Origin: an uncultured virus (IMG/VR IMGVR_UViG_3300013121_000030)
Taxonomy: Duplodnaviria > Heunggongvirae > Uroviricota > Caudoviricetes
Length of the DNA: 64,000 bases
IMG/VR virus record: IMGVR_UViG_3300013121_000030
Location: 32,001-96,000 of that record
Direction: 5' to 3' (one strand)
Part shown: positions 48,471 through 57,420 of the stretch, piece by piece
Layout of the letters: every line of letters begins with the position of its first letter
How positions within the stretch are numbered: the stretch's first letter is position 1
Program-made: the position numbers and the translations under genes
Notes under the pieces: model-generated
Database searches by the model: none
What the model was told of the DNA's origin: nothing
What the model saw: the letters and a program-made list of their open reading frames with translations, nothing else

Positions 48471-50162
48471 TCAAGAGGTCTTCCAGAGGAAGACATGTGT
48501 GTCCGAAACCGCCCAAAGAGCAGCCCCGCATGCGAAGAGATCTGCTGCACGGGACGCAATGAGGGGATCCGTGACAATCTTTGTCGCCGGGTGTCCGCGA
48601 TGGTTGAGGAAGATTTCAAGCTTCTCTTCGTGGGGGACGGAGACCGCACATACCCCAGTGTCCAAAACGGCCATGGATGGTTCGTAGGGCACAGGGGTCT
48701 CTTCGGTGCGGAGATCGTAGGCTCCCGAAGAATCAAATCGAAGGACGTGCCTGAAGTATCTCGTCCCCTTTCGAGTGGAGACGAGCAGAACTCCCTTTGA
48801 GGAGAGGGCGCCCAACACTGTGTGGTGTTCGAGTTCCCTCACGATGGCTCGGACAGAGGTGTCCTTGGAGGGGAACACCATGAACAGTGGGGACCCGAAG
48901 GCATTCTGTGTGATCACCCCAGGGTCCATTCGGGTGGCCTGCGGCATGACGGTGGAAAAACTGTGAGCCGTCAAGAACACCCGATTGTTGAGGCACGTCC
49001 CACGAATCTCAGTGATGCTCTCCCCCATCCGAGCGAATATTCTCCCATCCGCAGACATGAGGGATTGGGCCGCGATTTGCGTTGTGACTTGACGGCTGCC
49101 ATCCAAATCCTCTCCGGTGAGATTTCCTTCGGCATCCAAGGAAAGTAGGATTCTCCCCTGGACATCCAAGACAGCACATGGGCCCTGTGGGGCAGGTCGG
49201 CTCTTCCCGCCGTCAATCCACAGTTTGTTCTGTCCCAAGACCACATGTCGTTGGGGGGAGTCCGCATACAAAATCTTCCGAATCTCTTCTGAGGTTGTCA
49301 GAACAGCAACTTCACGGAGGTTCGTAGCATGAATGAGGATGGGCTGGAGGAGGATGGGTGCTCCAGACATGGACGCTGGGGGCTCCAACCTCTTCCCAGA
49401 CACAAAGATAGCCTTCATCCAGTCCATGTAGGCCGATGGGACATCGGACATGGGGAAGCAAGCTGGCGGGAGCTTGGTTGCGGGGTCAAAGATCGAGATC
49501 CCCAACTGCATCCTGGTCAGCAAATCCTTCCCACAGGGATGTTGGCCCTGGTAGGGGTGGATCCCAATCAGGAGTTTGCACACCAACACCGCAAACGAGA
49601 ACCAGTCGGATCCCTCAGTCCACTTCCCATGAGCAATGGGATCCATGATGACTTCGGCGATAGCCCGAGCCGGAAAGTTTGGGGTCTGGTAGGAATCCGT
49701 GTCAATGAACCACGGACTCACAAAATCAGGACCCACGAGGATGTTTCCCTCATTCAGGTCCACGATCAAAGTCTGAGCTTTGTGGATCCTCTCGATGACC
49801 TCTCGACACTTGAGGATCAGGTCGTGGATCATGGGGTTGGTGATGGCCTCACGCCGCCGAAATCCCTTTGTGAAGAGAGGGCTCAGCGGCGTCGACGAAT
49901 CCACAAAACGAAAGGTGTGCCCTACATAGCAGGACTTCTGAGAATCGCCGAAGAGGGGCTCCTCGGGCAAGATAACCCGCGGATCCCGGATTGCGGCCAA
50001 CTCCCGAATCTTTGGGATGGGGACGACACGCTGGGGATCGTGATAGATTTTGATGCCGTGCGTGCGTGAAACCCGGAAGATGGAACCCTCGCCGCCCTGT
50101 GCTACAAAATCCTTGGTGGTATCCACATTGTAGGTGGAGGATGCCGTCCAGTAGCGTGTCAT
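48471..50162 (-). CDS. Ser/Thr protein kinase (TerY-P triad type) with a beta-rich C-terminal domain
   Basis: AQGGEGSIF, IKIYH, VDLNEGNILV, IDTDSYQ, SDWFSFAV, GIHPY. Confidence 0.85.
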   Translation of the reverse strand: MTRYWTASSTYNVDTTKDFVAQGGEGSIFRVSRTHGIKIYHDPQRVVPIPKIRELAAIRDPRVILPEEPLFGDSQKSCYVGHTFRFVDSSTPLSPLFTKGFRRREAITNPMIHDLILKCREVIERIHKAQTLIVDLNEGNILVGPDFVSPWFIDTDSYQTPNFPARAIAEVIMDPIAHGKWTEGSDWFSFAVLVCKLLIGIHPYQGQHPCGKDLLTRMQLGISIFDPATKLPPACFPMSDVPSAYMDWMKAIFVSGKRLEPPASMSGAPILLQPILIHATNLREVAVLTTSEEIRKILYADSPQRHVVLGQNKLWIDGGKSRPAPQGPCAVLDVQGRILLSLDAEGNLTGEDLDGSRQVTTQIAAQSLMSADGRIFARMGESITEIRGTCLNNRVFLTAHSFSTVMPQATRMDPGVITQNAFGSPLFMVFPSKDTSVRAIVRELEHHTVLGALSSKGVLLVSTRKGTRYFRHVLRFDSSGAYDLRTEETPVPYEPSMAVLDTGVCAVSVPHEEKLEIFLNHRGHPATKIVTDPLIASRAADLFACGAALWAVSDTHVFLWKTS

Positions 50163-51040
50163 AGCCCGAGCTTCCTCTTGGTCTCCTGGAGATAGAACTC
50201 TTCCAGGGTGGGGGCCTCTTCAGGGGCAATGAAGAGATAGGACCCGGCCAAATCGTCCGTATGGGTTTGCGCAATGCACACCTTCCGATAGGCAGCCAGG
50301 AGGGGCAGCCACGGCTTGCGAAGGTGTAGATGACTGGAAAATCCCTCCACAAGGTGGTCCACCAAAACCTTGGGGTCGACCCCTCGGAAGGTTTCCAGCC
50401 CATCCGAGAATACTGCGGCGAAGTTGTATTCCTCTGGTCCCCAGGTCTCATCGACGAAGGGAGCAATGTCTCGCTCCTCGCTGTCCAACTCAGTTTGCCC
50501 CGAGAACCTACGGACCTTGTCCTTGAGGGGTGTGGGACCAAAGGTGTCCTGGTAAGGATTACCTTCCCCCATGAAGTAGGGGATGTATGGGGGCTGATTG
50601 GAAGGGGCCGAAATCTGGTGAATCTCGAACGTCACTCCTTCAAGTGAGATCTTTCCTCGGACCCACACCCCGTCCCCACACCCACGGAGACGAAAGCCCT
50701 GGGAGTCGAAGGTAAGAGCCAGGAGCGTACAAAGCTCAGACGTTGTTGGGAGGCCAAGAGCTGCGCGGACCTGAGTAACCTGCGAATGGGCTTTGGTGAA
50801 GAGGGAAATGGAATCCTTGCTCCACGAATCAGGGTCCCCATCCATCATTTTGGCCACGGTGCTCACCCATAGCCTGGACCCAATGTCTGTGAACGTCCCA
50901 GACGAGCACCCGTCCGAGACGATGGCGAGACCCACAGGAGGCTTCTCGGGATCCAAGGTCCCCGCGAAGGAGAAAGCATAGTCTTCACAAACACGGTGAG
51001 TTGAGCCGATTGAGAAGTGGTGTCCAGCGAAGATTTTCAT
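50159..51040 (-). CDS. PP2C-like protein phosphatase
   Basis: GSTH..CEDY, IVSDGCSS, CTLL, CGDG, FSDGLE, TDDL. Confidence 0.8.
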   Translation of the reverse strand: MKIFAGHHFSIGSTHRVCEDYAFSFAGTLDPEKPPVGLAIVSDGCSSGTFTDIGSRLWVSTVAKMMDGDPDSWSKDSISLFTKAHSQVTQVRAALGLPTTSELCTLLALTFDSQGFRLRGCGDGVWVRGKISLEGVTFEIHQISAPSNQPPYIPYFMGEGNPYQDTFGPTPLKDKVRRFSGQTELDSEERDIAPFVDETWGPEEYNFAAVFSDGLETFRGVDPKVLVDHLVEGFSSHLHLRKPWLPLLAAYRKVCIAQTHTDDLAGSYLFIAPEEAPTLEEFYLQETKRKLGL

Positions 51041-51104
51041 GGGATGTTCCAGGGATTCATGGGCCATGGAGGAGATTTCCCCCTCCATGGCCTGGGGTGA
51101 CTGC

Positions 51105-51893
51105 TCAGATCGAGAGCAGCTTGGAGGCGCTGCCGGTCCCCAGAGCCTTGCTCTGGGAGATGGACTGAGAGGCCACGAAATGGCCGATCTTCGCCATGGT
51201 GGCGGGAGACGCATCTCCGGCGGCAATGTAGTTGTCGATCCCCACCGACCCCTTGTAGTTGTCGAGGTAGGACGAAGTGCTTGTGGAGGGGTCGACGTTG
51301 ACCCCCACGAGCACGGACTGGAGGGACTCCAGCACCCGAATCTCGGGGTTCAGCTTGGCTGCCTTGGCAGAGCTGAGTGCTGTCTGAGCACCCTGCATGT
51401 TCTCGCGGGAAGCGTTTTCCTCTCCATCGGTCAAGACGAAGAGGACCGCATTGACCAGGAAGCCCTTCTCCGTCAAGGACTTCCCGTAAGCGAGGGTGGC
51501 TGAGCAAGCATCCACAATCGCGTCGTTGAGGGCCGTACATCCATAGGGAGCGATGGCGCCGGCGTAGTCTCCGGAGGTCACATCCATCAACTCCTTGAAG
51601 CCGAAGGTCTCCTTCACGCGATCTGCGAAGGTAACCATACGGACCATCATGTTCGCTGCCTGAGGGGAACGAGCCGCCCCCTGGATGGCGGACTCGACGG
51701 CCTTCGAGAGGAGGTTGGCAAAACCCGCGACTGAGGAAGAACAATCGACGAGGATGGTGATGAGGGTGTAGGACGTTGCGCCCAGGTTGTTGGGGTCCAT
51801 GGCCGAGAAGACCTTGGACTGCCCGCCGAAACCGAAGTGCGACGGGTCAAACGTGAACGACTGCATCCCACTTGGGATATTGGACGATGCCAT
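51105..51893 (-). CDS. vWA domain protein (TerY-like)
   Basis: MIDAS DCSSS, GCTALNDA, LTDGEENAS; start taken at MASSNIP (51893). Confidence 0.8.
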   Translation of the reverse strand: MASSNIPSGMQSFTFDPSHFGFGGQSKVFSAMDPNNLGATSYTLITILVDCSSSVAGFANLLSKAVESAIQGAARSPQAANMMVRMVTFADRVKETFGFKELMDVTSGDYAGAIAPYGCTALNDAIVDACSATLAYGKSLTEKGFLVNAVLFVLTDGEENASRENMQGAQTALSSAKAAKLNPEIRVLESLQSVLVGVNVDPSTSTSSYLDNYKGSVGIDNYIAAGDASPATMAKIGHFVASQSISQSKALGTGSASKLLSI

Positions 51894-51913
51894 GGTGATA
51901 CCTGTGTTGAGGG

Positions 51914-52711
51914 TCAGAGGTTGAAGGTGGTGGAGTTCTCGATGCGGATGCCCTTGCTCCGCAGGGCATCGAAGAAGGAAGCGACGACGGCATCGTAGCC
52001 GGGCACGGGCACGGGCGACGTGCAGTCCTGTAGAACTACGATGCGCTGGAGGAAGGACGTGGGCACGTTGGCGAGGAGGTCCGCCACAGAGTTCTGGAGG
52101 CAGAAGTTGAGGGCCTCGCCAGCCACGACCAGGCAATCCGCCTGCGTGAGCGAGGCGAGGAGATTGCTGTTGATCTGGGTGCGGGGATCCCCAGGATCTG
52201 GCACCACTGCCTGGAAGATGCTGTAGTGCTCCGTCAGCGGATGGTCTCCCTTGACCTCCATCGTGAAGTTGTTCTTGATGGCCGCAGACCACTCCAGAGC
52301 GGCATCCATGAGGCTGGGGTGGATCGACCATCCCCAAGTGCCGATGACGCAGTGCTGGGGCCAAATGGTGTGGGTCTTGCCCGAAGCATCCAGAGCCTTG
52401 AGGTACTTCAGGGCCTTCTGGTAGAGGCCTGGAATGGCCGGCTGCCAAACGCCGTCCTCCACCTCCTTGGCGGTGATCGTCGTGAAAGGAGCCGGGTGAT
52501 CCCCCGCCCCATTCCGCCAAAACACCGGATGGAAGATGGCCCACACGTGGTGGGAATCCGCGGTCATGGTGACGTGGTGGATATTCTTGGCGTTCCGTCG
52601 AATCCAAGCCCCCAAACGAGCCATGTCCTGGTCCGCTCCCGGAACAAAAAGGGAGCCCTTGGGATCGCAGAAATCGTTCTGCGCGTCGATGACAAAGAGG
52701 TGGTTCCTCAT
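51914..52711 (-). CDS. Nicotinamidase/isochorismatase-family cysteine hydrolase (PncA-like)
   Basis: VIDAQNDFC, GSLFVPGA, DSH, WPQHCVIGT, KG...EHYS, AGEALNFC. Confidence 0.85.
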   Translation of the reverse strand: MRNHLFVIDAQNDFCDPKGSLFVPGADQDMARLGAWIRRNAKNIHHVTMTADSHHVWAIFHPVFWRNGAGDHPAPFTTITAKEVEDGVWQPAIPGLYQKALKYLKALDASGKTHTIWPQHCVIGTWGWSIHPSLMDAALEWSAAIKNNFTMEVKGDHPLTEHYSIFQAVVPDPGDPRTQINSNLLASLTQADCLVVAGEALNFCLQNSVADLLANVPTSFLQRIVVLQDCTSPVPVPGYDAVVASFFDALRSKGIRIENSTTFNL

Positions 52712-52967
52712 GATTATTTTTCCTTGTGTGTGTTCTGCCCCACAGGATGTGGGGGAGGTAATGTTGCCCCGAAATATACCCCGGGGGAATTATGGGAGGT
52801 ACTCCGCCGGATCTGGAATGATCCCCAATCCTCACGGAGGATCGAATGGCATGTGTGGCCTCAGGTGGAAGCTCCTCGTTTACTGGAAACCCTGTCCACA
52901 TCTCCATGCGACCATTCCGGATCTTGGCTGCATAGGCCCGGCCGCTCTGGTCGCTATCCTTGAGAGG

Positions 52968-53348
52968 TCACAGGGGGAACACCTCCACCGAGGGCCACGC
53001 CACCTGGCACAAGGCCTTCGTCTTGGAGAGATAGATCAGGTTCTCCGATTCCTCCTCAGGAGGCAACAGAACACTCGTGTGGCCCTGGATGAATCCGAAT
53101 GCGGCGCTCGCGTTGTCGGCTTGACGCCAGTGAACGCGGCCTTCCTCCTCCGCCTTTGCGAGGATGGGCCGGAGCCCATCCCACGCCTCAGGGACCCCCT
53201 TCACCCACGAGGAGTATCGCTCCACAGTCTCCCGGATCCCCATCTTCGTGCAACCGAAGATGTAGAGGGTCTCTGAAGAATCCTGGAAAGACATGCCCTG
53301 GGCGATGTCTCGCAGGAGACTGGAGAAACTGAGGTAGATCGTCTTCAT
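52968..53348 (-). CDS. Hypothetical protein
   Basis: ATG (MKTIYLS) downstream of a promoter copy. Confidence 0.55.
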   Translation of the reverse strand: MKTIYLSFSSLLRDIAQGMSFQDSSETLYIFGCTKMGIRETVERYSSWVKGVPEAWDGLRPILAKAEEEGRVHWRQADNASAAFGFIQGHTSVLLPPEEESENLIYLSKTKALCQVAWPSVEVFPL

Positions 53349-53360
53349 GGCTTCAGGACC

Positions 53361-53388
53361 AGTGTAGCACGTCGGTCGCCAAGTTACA
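53361..53388 (-). promoter_or_regulatory. Conserved phage promoter (TGTAAC-N16-TACACT)
   Basis: Motif copy. Confidence 0.75.
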
Positions 53389-53394
53389 CGGGGA

Positions 53395-53823
53395 TCAGTG
53401 GAACAGGCCGTATCCTCCGACGGGGAGGGAAGCCGAGGGCTGGATTTCTTCGTACTTGAAGGAGGGATTCCCTCGGAGCACGGTGAAGAGGAACAGGTCC
53501 AAGAACGAATCCGTATCCAGATCCAGCCCAGCCTCACCCGTCTCCCAGTGGTGTTCGGGACCTCCCTCTACCTCCCACCCCATCTCTGCGATGCCTGCCG
53601 CCACGAACTTGTTCCAGGAGTCCTCTCGAAGCCAGGAGTCCTCGTACTCTGCGGCCACCTCATTCATGACATCGACACCAATGACCTTGGTCCCCTCAGC
53701 GTAGGCGTTAATGATCTCATCGCTGGAGAGGTTGGTCCTGAGAAGGATTCTCCTCGTCTTCTCATGGCCATCACCACTCCAGTCTCCGATGACCAGCTCA
53801 ATGACATGTTCCTGGTTTTCCAT
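53395..53823 (-). CDS. Conserved phage hypothetical protein (GDWSGDGH...GGYGLF type)
   Basis: IGDWSGDGHEK, EYED, GGYGLF; SD AAGGA. Confidence 0.7.
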   Translation of the reverse strand: MENQEHVIELVIGDWSGDGHEKTRRILLRTNLSSDEIINAYAEGTKVIGVDVMNEVAAEYEDSWLREDSWNKFVAAGIAEMGWEVEGGPEHHWETGEAGLDLDTDSFLDLFLFTVLRGNPSFKYEEIQPSASLPVGGYGLFH

Positions 53824-53824
53824 A

Positions 53825-54238
53825 CTATGATCCTTTCTGGCTCCAGTCGGCCGCCTCATTCCGCAGGAGCGCAGCGAAGTCTCCGGGGGATTGCTTCAAA
53901 GCTGCCTCCATAGTCGAATAGAGGCCCAGCCGCTTGGTCCCATTCCCTGATGGGAACGTGATACTGGTTCTCCAGCCAACACTGGCTGGCTCCACCTTGA
54001 GAGCAAAGAACCCGATTTCTTCGCCCATGATAAGGAGGTTGCCCAATGTTCCCAGAGTCGTTTGGCCTCGTTGGGAATGGTGCCATACCACTCTCTTCCC
54101 TGAGCCACTGCGGAACTCTTGGAGCTGGTTGCGCAACTCCTCGATCTCGGCGTCAGCCTCTGAAGCGACCATCATTGCAGTCTGAAGTACCTCGTCAGGG
54201 GTCCTCATGTTGAGGATCTTTTGAGCGTATTTGCCCAC
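53825..54238 (-). CDS. Hypothetical protein
   Basis: GTG with SD GAGGAG downstream of a promoter copy. Confidence 0.55.
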   Translation of the reverse strand: MGKYAQKILNMRTPDEVLQTAMMVASEADAEIEELRNQLQEFRSGSGKRVVWHHSQRGQTTLGTLGNLLIMGEEIGFFALKVEPASVGWRTSITFPSGNGTKRLGLYSTMEAALKQSPGDFAALLRNEAADWSQKGS

Positions 54239-54465
54239 TGTGGCTCCTCTCCTCCACGAGTGTAGCACGCCAGAGGACGAGTTACACCGGATTCAGTATC
54301 CCACTCTTCCCCACATCGTCCGTAAGTGTAAGAGTCCCCACATGCAGTGCAGCGATAAGCCTTTTTTCCCCCGCGCGTCCCGTCTGGGACCACCCCTCCT
54401 CGATGACACACGCGACAAATTGGCCTTGGCTGCTTCTTCAGGGGACTTTTGCCACAATTTTCCAT
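54205..54465 (-). CDS. Small zinc-ribbon protein
   Basis: CRVC...YRCTACG; its 3' end overlaps the promoter and the next gene. Confidence 0.4.
   Translation of the reverse strand: MENCGKSPLKKQPRPICRVCHRGGVVPDGTRGGKKAYRCTACGDSYTYGRCGEEWDTESGVTRPLACYTRGGEEPQWANTLKRSST
54259..54286 (-). promoter_or_regulatory. Conserved phage promoter (TGTAAC-N16-TACACT)
   Basis: Motif copy. Confidence 0.75.
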
Positions 54466-55067
54466 GAGGAGCCTTTTCGAGCGGTCGTGATGTGGGAGAA
54501 GTGGTGTTCAAGCTCGTGAATCAGTTCAGGGATGGGGTGCCACTGAAACAGTGTAAAGTCGACCCCATCCAAGATTCTCAACTGCATGTGAAAAACTCGT
54601 CTGCCAACATATCCGGAGGCTTCGACAAATCTGTGGCCGTTATAGGTGTAGGTGTGCCACCCCCACCTAGGATGATCGAAGGTATTGAAAACGAATCTCC
54701 CTCCAGGGCGCAAGATCCGAGCGACCCTGGGGAAGACTTTCTTCAGGTTGAGGTATCCGATGGATTGCCTGCACGCGACCACATCGAATTGGGACTCACC
54801 TTGAAGTTCTTCGGCGGATGCGCGACGAGCTTCAAAGCAAGGAGACAAGAGATGGCATCGGGGATTGAGATCCCGAAGGACAACACGACTGGCTCCCATT
54901 TCCAGAGCTTGACGGGACAAGACTCCCGTGCCGCCACACAAGTCCAGGACCGCCTCACCGGGCTGGAGTGCCGCGAACTGAAGAAGGCCGTCCTTTCTAT
55001 CAATCCACCGCTGGTAGAGGGAGGTGTAATTGTCTGTCGTGCAGTTAAACATCAGAGTTTTGGCCAA
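54438..55067 (-). CDS. Class I SAM-dependent methyltransferase
   Basis: VLDLCGGTG, FDVV, RILRPGGRFVF. Confidence 0.85.
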   Translation of the reverse strand: MAKTLMFNCTTDNYTSLYQRWIDRKDGLLQFAALQPGEAVLDLCGGTGVLSRQALEMGASRVVLRDLNPRCHLLSPCFEARRASAEELQGESQFDVVACRQSIGYLNLKKVFPRVARILRPGGRFVFNTFDHPRWGWHTYTYNGHRFVEASGYVGRRVFHMQLRILDGVDFTLFQWHPIPELIHELEHHFSHITTARKGSSWKIVAKVP

Positions 55068-56167
55068 GTGGACTCGTCGGCCGACAAGGCCGCAACAAAT
55101 CCGTGTCCTTGGATGTTGAAGATAGGCGGGAGAGGGTCACGATGTGAATCTCTCACTGTTCCTGGTGGAGCATAAGGCAACGTTGGAACATTGGGAAGCT
55201 GGACATGGAGGTGAAGGACAGCCTCAGCCCAACGGTGGGTGAACAACATCCGAACCAAGAGGGGCGCATTGAGGCTGGCTTTTTCGAGCCCCGCCAACAG
55301 AATGCTCTTCCCAAGAAGGGCTGTGTAAACAGCATTTGCGCTCGAAAAACCTGGGCCCTTCTTTCGAGGAGAGATGAGAGAGCAGGCGTATCCCGCACGG
55401 ACTGCAATAGACCCGAAGACTTGCTCGGGAATCCCCAACACAGTCCCCGTGAAAAAGTTTCGATAGTGATTCGCAAGGCGGTCAAACAACACGACCGAAG
55501 ATTCTTGCACTGTGGCTGTCCCACAGTCTGTGGTTGAGGAAAAATGTTGGTCCTCAATCACCTGGACAATCTCCTCCAGAAATGCAGGATCACCAACCTC
55601 AAAGGGCATAATCGTGCCATCTGGAAATACCAGTGACTTCTTTTTGAGGGCAGCCAAATCATTGGCGACCACACAATGACACTTGGCCCTCAGACAGACT
55701 CCGTAAGCAGCCTGGAGAGTCTGATCCAGAGAAGAACCTGAAGTCATCTTACACCCAATGAGGTGCATCTTCGGATTGATCCGCCGCATCTCATCAATGA
55801 CATGGGGAGCAAGGATGAATGGAATCAACATCCGTTCACCAACTCCCACAGTGAGCATCTTGCCGTGGAAGGGAGTTTCAGGAATCCAGTTGACGACGGC
55901 GGCTGCCATGACCGCAGCATCGAGAGTGGGAGCCAGCTCCCTACACTTGGCCTGGTAGTCCCAGAACCCATTGTGACGAATGACCTGGACTCGTTCGGGA
56001 GGGACAATTCCTGGGATGTCCGGAATCAGAAAGATGACTTCATGCCCGCGATCCCGAAGCAGCGAGGCAAGGTGCGCTGCCCAGATCCCGCGGGATCGGT
56101 TGCCGACGAGCTTGTTGTCATCCAGCTTCCCGTAGACAGCGCCTGCTGTGATTAGGATTCGAGACAT
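55052..56167 (-). CDS. CoaB-like (phosphopantothenate-cysteine ligase fold) domain fused to a class II aldolase-like domain
   Basis: ILITAG, NRSRG, MAAAV, LIGCK, VVANDL; C-terminal GSIAVR...LISPR...KAS...VLHLH. Confidence 0.7.
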   Translation of the reverse strand: MSRILITAGAVYGKLDDNKLVGNRSRGIWAAHLASLLRDRGHEVIFLIPDIPGIVPPERVQVIRHNGFWDYQAKCRELAPTLDAAVMAAAVVNWIPETPFHGKMLTVGVGERMLIPFILAPHVIDEMRRINPKMHLIGCKMTSGSSLDQTLQAAYGVCLRAKCHCVVANDLAALKKKSLVFPDGTIMPFEVGDPAFLEEIVQVIEDQHFSSTTDCGTATVQESSVVLFDRLANHYRNFFTGTVLGIPEQVFGSIAVRAGYACSLISPRKKGPGFSSANAVYTALLGKSILLAGLEKASLNAPLLVRMLFTHRWAEAVLHLHVQLPNVPTLPYAPPGTVRDSHRDPLPPIFNIQGHGFVAALSADESTWPKL

Positions 56168-56173
56168 GGGGTT

Positions 56174-56830
56174 TCATCCTTTGCGGAGAGACTCCGAAAT
56201 TTCCACAGCCACCCGAAGCGGGGCCAAGTTGGCTTGCGAGCCTATCTTCCACCAGATCTCCTGAAGGGGGAATCCCAGGAGAGAAGTGGGATCTTTGATC
56301 TCCCCCAGATTTGTGACCCACGACTGGACCACTGGCTCCGATATTCGGAGCGACCCGGCGCAATCGGAAGGATTGCACGTCTGGATGTACTCCATCGCCT
56401 CCCACGGCGAGATCTTCCGCATCTTCATCACTTCCGTGAAGACGAAAGATTGCCCTCCAACCCGCACCAACTCTCCTCCGCTCGCATTGCTGAGGATTGT
56501 GACTCCAGTGGACGACATCACCTCCTTTCCTGACATGGCGAGGATGTTGCTCAACATCCCATCAGGAGTCGGCTCCTTGTGGAGAGGCTTGCCTTCCACA
56601 GAGATCACCTGGTCGCAGGTGAGAATGGCATCCTCGTCGCCGAAACGAGCCACAAGTTCGAGCCCCTTCATGAGGCTCAGGAACTTGGGGCCCTCAACCA
56701 CAGGATCCTTGAGGAGGACATCCTCATAGGCTCGCTCATCGATTCGGGCACCTTCTGCCCTCCAAGGATCCAGGAAGATCTGCCTGAAAAAGTTGATGCG
56801 GTACTTGGATGTGGTTCCGAGGATGTACAT
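56174..56830 (-). CDS. Maf-family nucleoside-triphosphate pyrophosphatase
   Basis: ILGTTSKYR, IDE, LTCDQV, K.P, SGK, DCAGS, LLGFP. Confidence 0.8.
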   Translation of the reverse strand: MYILGTTSKYRINFFRQIFLDPWRAEGARIDERAYEDVLLKDPVVEGPKFLSLMKGLELVARFGDEDAILTCDQVISVEGKPLHKEPTPDGMLSNILAMSGKEVMSSTGVTILSNASGGELVRVGGQSFVFTEVMKMRKISPWEAMEYIQTCNPSDCAGSLRISEPVVQSWVTNLGEIKDPTSLLGFPLQEIWWKIGSQANLAPLRVAVEISESLRKG

Positions 56831-56883
56831 GAGTTCTCAGGTCCCCCGTGATTACGGGGGAGCATGGACGATAAGGTGGCTGG

Positions 56884-57031
56884 GAATAGATCCCCGCCTT
56901 CGCGGGGGAAAGTCCCTCTCGACAGAGACAGGGGCACCACGGGGGGGAAGATCCCCGCGTTCGCGGGGGAAGGCATGCTCAGAAATCACACTAACCCTGT
57001 TACCCAGGAAGATCCCGAACGCGAGGGAAAG
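56884..57031 (-). CRISPR. Type I-E-like CRISPR mini-array: 3 repeats (one degenerate) and 2 spacers of 32 bp; no cas genes in the window
   Basis: Repeats at 56884-56912, 56945-56973 and 57006-57031 with an exact 61-bp period; - strand middle repeat CCTTCCCCCGCGAACGCGGGGATCTTCCC. Confidence 0.75.
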
Positions 57032-57032
57032 C

Positions 57033-57407
57033 TCAGGACAGAACCGCAGACCCCACCGCAAGGTCCACGAGACGCTTGTGGGGGTCCAGGAGGCGGACGG
57101 ACTTGCCGTCCACACGGACGGTGAAGCTCTCATGGAGTTCGTGGGTGATGATCTGCTGGATGGCCAACCACGCCGTGAACACCACGGACTCGATGGAGGC
57201 GGTGGAGGCCACGAACCACTTGCGCCCATAGCCAATTCCGTATTCAGAAGAGTTGGCATCCGGCCGCTCGAACGAGCACTGGATGTTCCATCCCACCTGC
57301 TCATCATCGGAAGCAGGCTGGATGCGCCATTGGAAGCGCCACTCCTCGAATCGAGTGGCGCGCATTTCGATCCCAAAAAGGATCTCATGGAGTTCGTTCT
57401 GGATCAT
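57033..57407 (-). CDS. Conserved phage hypothetical protein (GRKW...HE..E.F...PH type)
   Basis: GRKWFV, SVVFTAWLA, HELHESF, DPH. Confidence 0.7.
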   Translation of the reverse strand: MIQNELHEILFGIEMRATRFEEWRFQWRIQPASDDEQVGWNIQCSFERPDANSSEYGIGYGRKWFVASTASIESVVFTAWLAIQQIITHELHESFTVRVDGKSVRLLDPHKRLVDLAVGSAVLS

Positions 57408-57420
57408 AGTATCCCTTCAT

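Noticed and set aside
51105-52907. 600-aa ORF spanning the nicotinamidase gene in another frame
   Set aside because: Only the last 262 aa (vWA, from 51893) look like protein; the upstream part is an off-frame read of a GC-rich gene
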